Part shown: piece by piece, positions 52,958 to 62,965 of the stretch
How positions within the stretch are numbered: position 1 is the first letter of the stretch
How the letters are laid out: every line of letters begins with the position of its first letter
Assembly (NCBI GenBank): GCA_951406725.2
Contig: OX597835.1
Span: 23,808,001 to 23,872,000 of the forward strand
Length of the DNA stretch: 64,000 bases
DNA from: Octopus vulgaris
Taxonomy: Eukaryota
Direction of reading: 5' to 3'
Notes under the pieces: generated by a model
Told to the model about the DNA's origin: nothing
Seen by the model: only the letters and a program-made list of their open reading frames with translations
Database searches by the model: none
Program-made: the position numbers and the translations under genes

Positions 52958-54716
52958 GACGGGCTTCTTTCAGTTTCCGTCTACCAAATCCACTCACAAG
53001 GCTTTGGTCGGCCCGAGGCTATAGTAGAAGACCCTTGCCCAAGGTGCCACACAGTGGGACTGAACCCAGAACCATGTGGTTGGTAAGCAAGCTACTTACT
53101 ACACTGCGTCTGTCTTTCACTCAGCTCCCTCCTTATAACTAGATACCTGTGCTTTTCCTTCTACTGTATTTTTAGTCTCTCAACGCCTGGCATAGAGCCA
53201 CCTCCTCACCTCAAATACTTCCCTACACTTTAGCTGAGGGGATGGGTTTATCATGTTCTTTCTTGTCTTCCAAGTTACTTGGTGATGTCACTAGCACTGG
53301 TGCATGTGAAATGCACCCAGTATACACTGCAAAGTGGTTGACATTTGGAAGGGCATTCAGATGCAGAAACCATCCCAAAGTTTACACTGGAGCTCGACAC
53401 AGCCCTGCAGCTTGCCCAATCCTGTCAAACTGTCCAACCCATGCCAGCATAGAAAACAGATGTTGAATGAGCCTTTCCTCTTTCTCACTCACTCCTTGCT
53501 CTTTCTTTCCCTTTGTTTTTCTCTGTCTCTCTTTCTCTTACTGCTCCTCTTTCACTTTCCATTTATCTCTCTCACTTTTCACTTTCTGCCTCTCTGTTTC
53601 TCTCTCTTTCTCTCAGGTCTACTAATTACTCATTATGAACCTCTAGCTCTCTCATAGACCTGACCAAAATAACATATAAAATACACCCTCTTTGGACATC
53701 AGACAACTCTTTTGCTTCTGATGTTTGCAGCTGATGTTACCCCTTCCTCGAAATTGCTGGCCTTGTGCCAAAATTTGAAACCAATATAATCTCTCTCTCT
53801 TATTCTCTTCCAGCAACACATTAATGGTAAATGACCCTCCACAGCCAGTGAAACATGGAGACTTAATCCAGTTGGTACATGGATTAACAGGCAGAGCATT
53901 AAACAGGTTTGTTGCCTCATCTTGTTCCTTTTTTTAGTTCTCTTTTGTTTTTTTGTTTGTTTGTTTGTGTGTGTGGTAGATGGAGGTTGTATGAGAGGAC
54001 AGGTGGGAGTCATGGTAGAAACTGTTGTGTGAGTGTGTTGGTGGTGGTGGAAGAAACTGAATGAGCATAAATAAGAATGAATGTGGTTTGTGGCAGGAAT
54101 TGTGAGTGAGGGCAGTTTGTGGTAGAAAGGATGAGTGAGGGCAGTTTGTTGTAGAAAGGATGAGTGAGGGCAGTTTGTGGTAGAAAGGATGAGTGAGGGC
54201 AGTTTGTGGTAGAAAGGATGAGTGAGGGCAGTTTGTGGTAGAAAGGATGAGTGAGGGCAGTTTGTGGTAGAAAGGAAGAGTGAGGGTAGTTTGTGGCAGG
54301 AATTATGTCCAAAAGTATTGGAGACTACAAAGAAAGCAGATAAATAAAAAAGATCCTTTTCTACTGAACTCTTAAATAAATGCAACTAAGCATAAACTTC
54401 TGCCATGGTCTAAATATGAAAATACAAATACTTATTAAGCCCCCAAATAGCCCCTTTTTAAAGGGATCTTTGCTTGGCTCTGGTTTCTTGGTATAACACA
54501 GATGAGGGATACTCTCCACCTGGTTAATACACCAGTGTACCAAAGGTAGCATTCTCCAGTGCTGAGTCAGCCCTGATCCCACTGACCAGTGATTAAAAAT
54601 ATTCCAAAGCCTAGTACTTATTCTATCGGTCTTTTTTGCCAAACCGCTAAGTTACGGGGACGTAAACACACCTGCATTGGTTGTCAAGCGATGTTGGGGG
54701 GGACAAACACACACAT

Positions 54717-54765
<49 letters not shown>

Positions 54766-55498
54766 TATATATATATATACGACGGGCTTCTTTCAGTTTC
54801 CATCTACCAAATCCACTCACAAGGCTTTGGTCAGCCCGAGGCTATAATAGAAGACACTTGCCCAAGGTGCCACGCAGTGGGACTGAACCCAGAACCATGT
54901 GGTCCGTAAGCAAGCTACTTACCACACAGCCACTCCTGTGCCTGTATTTTACTAAATTATTAAGACATTTTAAGAAACGAGGCCAATAATAACCCTATCG
55001 ATTTCTGTTTTCTTAATTCCATTCACTTACTGTCGTTGACTAGCCATGATGTAGCAGCACCCATGAGTCCACAGAACCAAGAAGTCTCTTGCTACATCGA
55101 CTACAATGTATCGATGCCATCACAAAATCTCTGGAGAGTCGTAAGTCTATTTTCTTTGAGCTTTTTCTCTTGTTCTCGCTCTTCCTTCATCTTTCCTTTC
55201 TCTCCCTCTCCCCCCCTAACCCTCTCCCAACCAATGGAGCCCATCTGCCAGTTTCTGATCTTTTTAATAAAACTTTATTTGTTTATCTTTTTTATTTTCT
55301 ACTTGCTTCAGTTGTTAGACAGCGGCCATGCTGGGGCACCGCCTTGAAGAATTTTTGTTGAATGAATCGACCCCAGTACTTATCCTTTTTTCTAAAACCT
55401 GGCACTTATATCAGTCTCTTCTGCTGAACCAGTTATGGGACATAAACACACCAACACCGGTGGGGAGGACAGAGACACCAAGACACACACACACACAC

Positions 55499-55542
<44 letters not shown>

Positions 55543-56914
55543 GTCTACATAACAGCCTGCATACAACTCTACCTGTTTATATATAAACTGTGGGTATTAG
55601 GGTCTGACTACTTTCTACATATATTTCCTATTTAATACAAACTTGCACACACATACATGCATACTCATACATACATACATATATACACATGCACACTGAT
55701 GCACGTGCACACACACACACACACACAACAGGCTTCTTTCAGTTTCCGCCCAAATCCACTCTCAAGGCTCCGATTGGCTTGAAGCTTTAATAAAAGATAC
55801 ATACCCATGGTGCCATGCTATGGGACTGAACTTGGAACCATGTAGTTAGGAAACAAAGTTCTTACCATACAGCCATACCTGTACCTATATTTCCAATAAA
55901 CTCTTCTTAGTTATCTTTATTTTTAATTTTTTTTAGGGACCCTCTGTATTTTGGATACTTCTGTCTTATTTCCCCCATCCTCTTCCTTTTTTCATCTCGT
56001 CTTTTATGTAAAGTTCCTAACAAATATTAAATTGTCCCCTTCATCTGATGCACATCCTTATTAATCCTTATTAGTATTATTTTATAAAGCTGTGAGCTAG
56101 CAGACTTGTTAGCATGCTGGGCAAAATGCTTCGTAACATTTTGTCCGTTTCTACGTTCTGAGTTCGAATTCTGCTGAGGTCGACTTTGCCCTTCATCCTT
56201 TCTGTGTCCTTATAAAATAAGTACCAGCTGAACACTGGAGCTGATGTAATTGACTTATTATCCTTCCCTGAAATTTCTGGTCTTGTACTAAAATTTGAAA
56301 CCATTATTGGTATTATTATTATTAGGAACTTCATCCTTTCTGTGTCCTTATAAAATAAGTACCAGCTGAACACTGGAGCTGATGTAATTGACTTATTATC
56401 CTTCCCTGAAATTTCTGGTCTTGTACTAAAATTTGAAACCATTATTTGTATTATTATTATTAGGAACTTGTGAACCGTGATTCTGACCAAGACAATTGGC
56501 AAACCATTAACAGTTTAGTGAGGTTACACCATGTCAATACAAGTCAAGCACTCAAGGTAAGCAACAGTTCTTATGTTTGTCCTTCTCAACATATTGAGTC
56601 TCTTTCTCTCTATTTATCTCTTGTCTGTATTTCTATTTATATTTTTGCTCTCTGTTTTTTCTCTGTCTGCCATGTCTACCTTGTCTGTGTGTTGCCTTGT
56701 CTGTTCTGTCTGTCTGCTCTATCCGTCTGCCATCCTACCTTGTCTATCTATCTGTCTGTTGTTCTGTCTGTCTGCCTGGTTTTCTGTCTGTGTGCTGCCA
56801 TCTGTCTGCCTTGTTATCTGTCTCTCAGTTGCCCTGTCTATCTGCTGCTTGGTCTGTCTATCCATCTGCTGTCCTGTCTGTCTGCTGCCTTGTCCATCTA
56901 TCCGTCTGCTTCCC

Positions 56915-56951
<37 letters not shown>

Positions 56952-59900
56952 GCTTCCCTGTCCGTCTATCTGTCTGCTTCCCTGTCTGTCTGCTGCCCTG
57001 TCTGTCTGTCCGTCTGCTGCCCTGTCTGTCTGTCCGTCTGCTGCTCTGTCCGTCTGCTTCCCTGTCCGTCTGTCCGTCTGCTGCCCTTTCCGTCTGCTTC
57101 CCTGTCCGTCTGTCCGTCTGCTGCCCTTTCCGTCTGTCCGTCTGCTGCCCTGTCTGTCTGCTGCTATGTCTGTTTTGTGTGTCTGTCTGTCTGTATGTCA
57201 CTACAGCTTTACACTGTATATCTTCAGGTGTCTGGCAAGCAGTTACCAGAATGGGGGTTCCATCAGCTGGAAGTGGTCACAGATCGAATCGCAGAACAGG
57301 ACCCCACTATTTGGAATGTGGAGGAACACCGCTACACCAAAGGTTTGTAGTCATTAATTGTGTTCCTTTTCCATTCCATAAGATGTCATATTACCTTTTC
57401 CTTTTGCTCCTCTTTAGTTCCCCATATCTAATGTTGGGGTCGCACTGCATCTCCTCCTACTCAACCTTCCCCACCATTCTAAAAAGCACCATCCAATCGT
57501 GGCCGTTTGCCAGCCTCGTCTGGCACCTGTGCAGGTGGCACGTAAAAAGCACCCACTACACTCACGGAGTGGTTGGCGTTAGGAAGAGCATCCAGCTGTA
57601 GAAACACTGCCAGATCAGACTGGGCCTGGCGCAGCCTACTGGCTTCCCAGACCCCAGTTGAACTGTCCAACCCATGCCAGCATGGAAAACAGACATTAAA
57701 CGATGATGATGATAATCCCTTCCCTAACACTACCATGGGCTCTGAAAAGACCCTCCAACCCAAGCAAGCATAGCAAACAGCACAACCTATCCCATCGTTG
57801 ACTTCACAAATTCAACCCACCCCATTACCATTATCACTTTGTTTTATATCCTGGTGTTGGATAAATAATTTAGCGAAGCAGGAAAGAAAGAAAGTAGTCA
57901 CATGATGCAATACAATTACTGTTACATGTGGTTAAACACTCTCTGCCAACGGCTCACAGTGAACTGCCTGCCTTCCATTGCTCCTATCAACTCGACAGTT
58001 CTTTATTTCATAGCAATGTGTCAGTCCACTTTTAGTCACTTGAACAGGTGGTTGGAATCCTTCCACAACACTTTGTATCCCTGCTCTCCTTCACACTACT
58101 CTGGTACTATTTTTTTTTCTTTCTCCATTCCCTCAAATACTTGAAGAGTGTGCCCCAGCATGGCCACAGTCCAGTAAACAAAAAAAAAATGAATATTGAA
58201 TAAGTCCATGCTCCCCTCCTCATATTATAACATTGAATTACTGAGGGTCTGGTGCAGCCCTCCAACTTACCAGCTCCAGTCAAACCAGCCAACCATGCCA
58301 AAATGGAGAACAGATGTTAAATGATGATGATGGATTAATTTAATTAAGTCAAATGTATTTAATGAAATGATTTTAATTTTCTGGTTTCAGCTTCCGGTAA
58401 AGAAGGACAGACCCGAGAGTTGAGTGAAGCTGAAATGATTCCATCGGAACCGACTCAGTTGTCTTTGTGGGCCAAATTTTGGGAGTTACAGGTGAGAACT
58501 ATTACTTAAGGGTTTATTACATTGAGTTTAGTTGCAGTAAGTTAGAGAGATCTCATTGGTTGTATCATTAATTATAGAGAACATCCACTACAGCTTCAGG
58601 AGATGAGGGGTTCTCTGTGCAGTTGTTGAAGCTGCTAGAAATAGAAGCTAAATATCCTTCAGGTCACACCCTACTCTTTTAAAGAGAAGACAGGGATAAT
58701 ACAGTTTTAAATACACTATGTCTGAAAATAAAAATGGGAAGGGGAAAACTGGAATGTTTTTGTTTACATTCCGTTCGTGGCCGTTGCCAGCCTCGCCTGG
58801 CCCCCGTGCCGGTGGCACGTAAAAGCACCATCTGTTCGTGGCCGTTGCCAGCCTCACCTGGCCCCTGTGCCGGTGGCACGTAAAAAGCACCATCTGATCG
58901 TGGCCGGTGGCACGTAAAAAGCACCATCCGATCGTGGCCGGTGGCACGTAAAAAGCACCATCCGATCGTGGCCGGTGGCACGTAAAAAGCACCAACCGAT
59001 CGTGGCCGGTGGCACGTAAAAAGCACCAACCGATCGTGGCCGGTGGCACGTAAAAAGCACCATCCGATCGTGGCCGGTGGCACGTAAAAAGCACCATCCG
59101 ATCGTGGCCGGTGGCACGTAAAAAGCACCATCCGTCCGTGGCTGTTTGCCAGCTCCGTCTGGCACCTGTGCGGGTGGCACGTAAAAAGCACCCACTACAC
59201 TCACGGAGTGGTTGGCGTTAGGAAGGGCATCCAGCCGTAGAAACACTGCCAGATCAGACTGGGCCTGATGCAGCCTTCTGGCTTCACAGACCCCAGTTGA
59301 ACCGTCCAACCCATGCTAGCATGGAAAGCGGACGCTAAATGATGATGATGATGATTTGTTAGTTTGTGAAAGAGTGTAGCCTAGTGGTTAGGGTGTTACA
59401 TTCCCAATCATGAGATCGTGGTTTCAATTCCCAGACCAGCCATGCATTGTGTTCTTGAGCAAAATGCTTCATCTCATGTTATTCCAGTCTGTCCACTCAG
59501 CTGTAAAATAGGTGGTCTTGTGTTGGATTGGCATACAAGGGTGAGATGGTAACTCAGGAAAATCACCTGAATGGGGGTCTCGCAAGCCACATTTTGTATC
59601 TAACTATTGAAAGGATGAACAGTACAACCTGTTCTGTGAATTCTGTGAAGGCGTATTGCTCTGTGGTTAGAGTGTCAGGCTCCCAATCATGAAGTTAAAA
59701 TAATAGACAGAGAACACCACTGGAAAATATGAAAACTAAAAGAAGCAGCACATATGCTAGGACACAACAATCTCCTAAGCAGACCGAGTGCAGATATAAG
59801 CAGTATATGGGAACTGGTATTAAGAAAGGATGGAAAAATATTAGATTTATAAGTCCTAAAATTCACAATCTGTGTGTTGTGTTCTTGAGCAAGACACTTT

Positions 59901-62053
59901 ATTTCACGTTGCTCCAGTTGACTCAGCTGTAGAAATGAGTTGTGATACATACGCACACACACACACATAATCAAATGATCAACAACATGATGAATAATTG
60001 TCAGCTCATTACAGCTGTTTTTTATGCATCTTTTTAATAGAAGAATGAGAAAATTACTCCGTTAAAAAACACTAATCTTCAGGGGAAATGTAATTTCACA
60101 AATAAAAGAATATCCCAAGAATGCAGCAGGGACATGGCTGAACCTAGGTTCTCATTCCTAAGGTATTTTTCGATATTATTATTATTATTATTATTGTTAT
60201 TCAGGTCAACAACCTCCTAAGCAGACCGAGTGCAGATATGAGAAGCACATAGGAACCGGTATTAAGGAAGGATAGAAAAATATTAGATTTATAAGCCCTA
60301 AAATTCACTCCATAATTGCACACGAGTATATGGCATAGTGGTTAAGAGTGCAGGCTACTAACCCCAAGATACTGAGTTTGATTTCAAGCAGTGACCTGAA
60401 CAGTAACAATAATAATAATAACAATAATAACATTGAAAAATACCTTAGGAATGAGAACCCAGGTTCAAAAATTTCCCCATGACACCTGAAGAAGGCTGGA
60501 GGGTATATCAGCCGAAATGTTGTGTTAATGACAAACAAGATGAGGACAAATATCTGTCAGCTGTAAATAATGTAAATAAACGTCTCATTTGTTTTGGTGA
60601 TGTTATTTCTTTTTTAGGTTAAAATGATTTCCTCAAACCATGATGTAGATTTGGAACATAAATACAGCTCTAGTCCTTTGGAATGGCCACTTATGGACAA
60701 GAATGTTGCTTACTGGATCAGTCCTAATACCAATGTAAGTTCTCTTGGATTGTTATACACACACATGCACACACATGCACACACACACACATGATATGGG
60801 TTCCAGTTGATCCGTTCAATGGAACAGCCATCTCATAAAATTAACGAGCGCATGGCTGAGTACTCCACAGACATGCATGCCCTTAATGTAGTTCTCAGGG
60901 AGATCCTGTGTGACACAGAATGTGACAAGGCTGGCCCTTTGAATTACAGGTACAACTCATTTCTACCGCTGAGTGGACTGGAGCAATGTGAAATAAAGTG
61001 ACTTGCTCTTGGACGCAATGTGCCTCACCACCTTACAATCATGCCAATCATATACACACACACGTGTATGTATATATATATATATATATATACACGCGCA
61101 CACACACACACACACATATACATACAGTTAATTCAAGGTAGTCATATCCTCATTAGGGATCATATAAACCAAGATTCCACTGGTTTAATCTCTATCATAT
61201 AATGCAAAAGTCGTTGGTATATGTTTGGGATTATTGAAATTATCAATAACCCACTAATACTCTACACTTCCTTCAAAAGAAAAAATGACTACCTAACTTC
61301 CATGAGCTCTATAACAACCCTGAAGAAGTCCTACCACCGTATAGTTTAGAATATGGTAACTTTCTCAGCATTAAACCAAATGCTTTGAAATTCCCATCAA
61401 CTAGATGGTAGGACTGAAACATATATGTAGGTTCCCTATTTTATTTTAATTTATGTTTTGAGCTTTCAACCTGTAATTCAATTTATTTGTACTGTTATAT
61501 TTAAAAAAAAAAAACTGTCATCTTTTTGTAACATACAAATTAATTACACCCATTTCTTCATTTTCCCCCATTATTTATATATTGTAAACAAACTTTTCTT
61601 TTGTTTTGTCATACAGACAAGAAAGTAATATTTCAAATGCACTATAACCATGAAGTAGCAGAAAAATTGGGTGTTTTACCCTTAGATATCTGAGAGGTGT
61701 GGTTTCAAGTCAAATGGCTTTCTGCTGACAACTTTTTTCTGTCTTATAAGGGTAAAATAAAATACCCACTTTTTCTACTGTCTTCATGGCTATACTGCTC
61801 TTAAAATATTACTTTCTTGTCTGTATAATATATATATATATATAAATATAAATGTTTGTTTTTATGTAAATTGATTAAAGAAAAATCATATGTGAAATAG
61901 TAAATGTGATTAATTTATTTTTTAAGGCTCAGATTCATCTCCTGGGGAATATTTTCATCTGGTATCTCTGCACCGCTTCCCTGTTTGGCTATTTGACCCT
62001 GTGGATATTTTACATGCTCCGAAGACGACGTTCTTTATTTGATTTAAATGAAG
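38543..62053 (+). CDS. POMT1: Protein O-mannosyltransferase 1, coding exons 1-17 (gene continues beyond window)
   Basis: 17 GT-AG exons in consistent phase. They encode PRAVVFDE (DE motif), [19 protein letters not shown], the MIR domain WLHSH...[33 protein letters not shown] and QIHLLGN, matching POMT1. Confidence 0.95.
38740..39280. repeat. Degenerate about 57-60 bp tandem array at the start of POMT1 intron 1
   Basis: About 9 copies of GATTTGGCTGCTATTTCTAGCA-like core. Confidence 0.7.
41394..41600 (-). mobile_element. RTE-clade LINE RT fragment
   Basis: [13 protein letters not shown]...(stop)...[10 protein letters not shown]. Confidence 0.8.
41944..42089 (+). CDS. POMT1: POMT1 exon 2 (GDGAPEGK...[13 protein letters not shown])
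   Basis: tttag acceptor, GT|gtgagt donor; PRAVV motif. Confidence 0.88.
43700..43803 (+). CDS. POMT1: POMT1 exon 3 (FDELHFAKF...[14 protein letters not shown])
   Basis: DE and HPP motifs; ttcag / gtaaat junctions. Confidence 0.93.
44645..45030 (+). mobile_element. Two RTE-like LINE 3' ORF fragments
   Basis: LLWTPNHG...GRP...[11 protein letters not shown] and [19 protein letters not shown]. Confidence 0.6.
45659..45709 (+). CDS. POMT1: POMT1 exon 4 ([17 protein letters not shown])
   Basis: tccag / gtaaat junctions, phase-consistent; GFxGN...RIG. Confidence 0.88.
47145..47291 (+). CDS. POMT1: POMT1 exon 5 ([16 protein letters not shown]...SFVLF)
   Basis: tccag / gtaagt; LRLLPA motif. Confidence 0.92.
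47634..47742 (+). CDS. POMT1: POMT1 exon 6 ([15 protein letters not shown]...KFHHMPE)
   Basis: ttcag / gtaagt; QSRxxLxE motif. Confidence 0.92.
48676..48741 (+). CDS. POMT1: POMT1 exon 7 ([21 protein letters not shown])
   Basis: tccag / gtatgt; WWxWLxxTG. Confidence 0.9.
48889..48982 (+). CDS. POMT1: POMT1 exon 8 ([10 protein letters not shown]...LADILKSD)
   Basis: tgcag / gtgagt; IKYxG. Confidence 0.9.
49983..50138 (+). CDS. POMT1: POMT1 exon 9 ([11 protein letters not shown]...[16 protein letters not shown])
   Basis: aacag / gtaagt; [13 protein letters not shown]. Confidence 0.92.
52402..52634 (+). CDS. POMT1: POMT1 exon 10 ([11 protein letters not shown]...WLHSH...[13 protein letters not shown]...KHPN)
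   Basis: taaag / gtaggt; first MIR motif. Confidence 0.94.
53814..53906 (+). CDS. POMT1: POMT1 exon 11 ([30 protein letters not shown])
   Basis: tccag / gtttgt; MIR motif. Confidence 0.92.
54103..54296. repeat. 29-bp minisatellite GAGTGAGGGCAGTTTGTGGTAGAAAGGAT, about 6.5 copies
   Basis: Direct inspection. Confidence 0.9.
55044..55140 (+). CDS. POMT1: POMT1 exon 12 ([32 protein letters not shown])
   Basis: actag / gtaagt; HDVAAP...[10 protein letters not shown]. Confidence 0.93.
56464..56556 (+). CDS. POMT1: POMT1 exon 13 ([31 protein letters not shown])
   Basis: attag / gtaagc; VRxxHVNT. Confidence 0.9.
56660..57195. repeat. Degenerate (TCTG)n / TCCG pyrimidine-rich repeat
   Basis: Direct inspection; source of the spurious 217-342 aa ORFs. 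Confidence 0.9.
57228..57342 (+). CDS. POMT1: POMT1 exon 14 ([16 protein letters not shown]...[10 protein letters not shown])
   Basis: ttcag / gtttgt; LPxWG..Q.E, WNVEEH. Confidence 0.93.
58391..58491 (+). CDS. POMT1: POMT1 exon 15 ([11 protein letters not shown]...[11 protein letters not shown])
   Basis: ttcag / gtgaga; phase-consistent. Confidence 0.88.
58766..59355 (+). mobile_element. SINE family C with RTE-like tail and (GAT)n end, carrying an internal 34-bp tandem expansion (other copies about 7390-7670(-), 42780-43105, 57480-57713, 63460-63790)
   Basis: GGTGGCACGTAAAAAGCACC..., GGAAGGGCATCCAGC, CCATGCTAGCATGGAAAGCGGACG, GATGATGAT. Confidence 0.8.
60481..60526 (+). ncRNA. Minimal type I hammerhead ribozyme motif in POMT1 intron 15 (sense)
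   Basis: GACAC-CTGAAGA-A-GGCTG(loop)CAGCC-GAAA-TGTT-GTGTT; stem III reduced to AATGTT. Confidence 0.6.
60618..60734 (+). CDS. POMT1: POMT1 exon 16 ([24 protein letters not shown]...YWISPNTN)
   Basis: tttag / gtaagt; [11 protein letters not shown]. Confidence 0.93.
61316..61433 (+). ncRNA. Type I hammerhead ribozyme motif with extended stem II, in POMT1 intron 16 (sense)
   Basis: Stem I AACC/GGTT; core CTGAAGA; perfect 10-bp stem II AGTCCTACCA/TGGTAGGACT; GAAA; palindromic stem III ACATATATGT; GUA cleavage triplet. Confidence 0.75.
61611..61828. mobile_element. Palindromic MITE in POMT1 intron 16
   Basis: ATACAGACAAGAAAGTAATATTT pairs with AATATTACTTTCTTGTCTGTAT, with longer degenerate arms. 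Confidence 0.6.
61927..62053 (+). CDS. POMT1: POMT1 exon 17 ([13 protein letters not shown]...[12 protein letters not shown])
   Basis: ttaag / gtcagt; QIHLLGN, LRRRR. Confidence 0.92.
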
Positions 62054-62256
62054 GTCAGTATAAAATGTATTGAATTCCAGGAGAGAGATGTGTGTGTGTG
62101 TTGTGTTTGTACTGTGTATTGTTATGATGTGTAGTTCTATGTATGCTGTGTTCTGTAACCTTATCAATTGTACAACCTCTGTCACTTCCTCCGAGCCCTT
62201 AAGTATTTCCTTGTATTTAGCGGATGTTAACTGAACTATTGCTCATCCATTAGGCT

Positions 62257-62965
62257 GGTAATATTTATTCCTACTTAAACATGGATGTTCTGTTGATACA
62301 AACTTTACTGCAGTAGATATCATGAGAAAAACTCTATTGGCTTTTGGTGCAAAATGCATTCTTGTTTATGTCACCTCCAGCACTGAGATCACCAAATCGC
62401 TTGGTTTCGACCTTCTTTGGTCTTGTTAATGATGGATGCCCATCCGCTAGAGATAGCAGCAAACCATCTCTCTGCCAGTGATATATAGAATAAAAGTGCC
62501 AGAATAGGCACTGGCATCGTGATTAGCCAGTGAGCTTGTTAAAAAAATATATAGTAGTGACAGGGGCAGTATTAAAACTGAGAAGTAATATTTATCTCCA
62601 CTTGAAAGTTGATGTTCTGTTAGAACAAACTATACTGCAGTAGATACCATGAGAGAGACTCTCATATTGGCTTTTGGTGCAAAGTGCATTCTTGTTTATA
62701 TCACTAGTGGGAAGATAAATGCCCGTCTCCTCCAGTGCTGAGACTACCAAATCACTCGGTTCTGACCTTTGGTCTCGTCAATGATGGCTGCTCAGCTGCT
62801 AGAGACAGCAGCAACTCATCTCCCTGCCAGTAATATATAGAATAACTGCGCCAGAACAGGCGCTGGTATCTTGATTAGTCAGTAGGGTTATTAAAAAATA
62901 TTTATTAGCAACAGGGGCCGTATTAATACAGAGCAGTAATATTTATTCTCATTTAAATGTGGATC
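62257..62965. repeat. Diverged tandem duplication of an about 330-350 bp unit (2.1 copies)
   Basis: GTAATATTTAT...ACTGCAGTAGATA...TATTGGCTTTTGGTGCAAA...GCCAGAA(T/C)AGGC recurs; a fragment also occurs at about 40243-40320. Confidence 0.75.

Noticed and set aside
56470-57601. Long ORFs of 295, 342 and 217 aa
   Set aside because: They are stop-free (TCTG)n repeat frames; only the embedded POMT1 exons 13 and 14 are coding.
58870-59135. CRISPR-like 34-bp repeat array (also 24488-25070 and 54103-54296)
   Set aside because: Units are head-to-tail with no unique spacers, there are no cas genes, and the context is eukaryotic intronic repeat.
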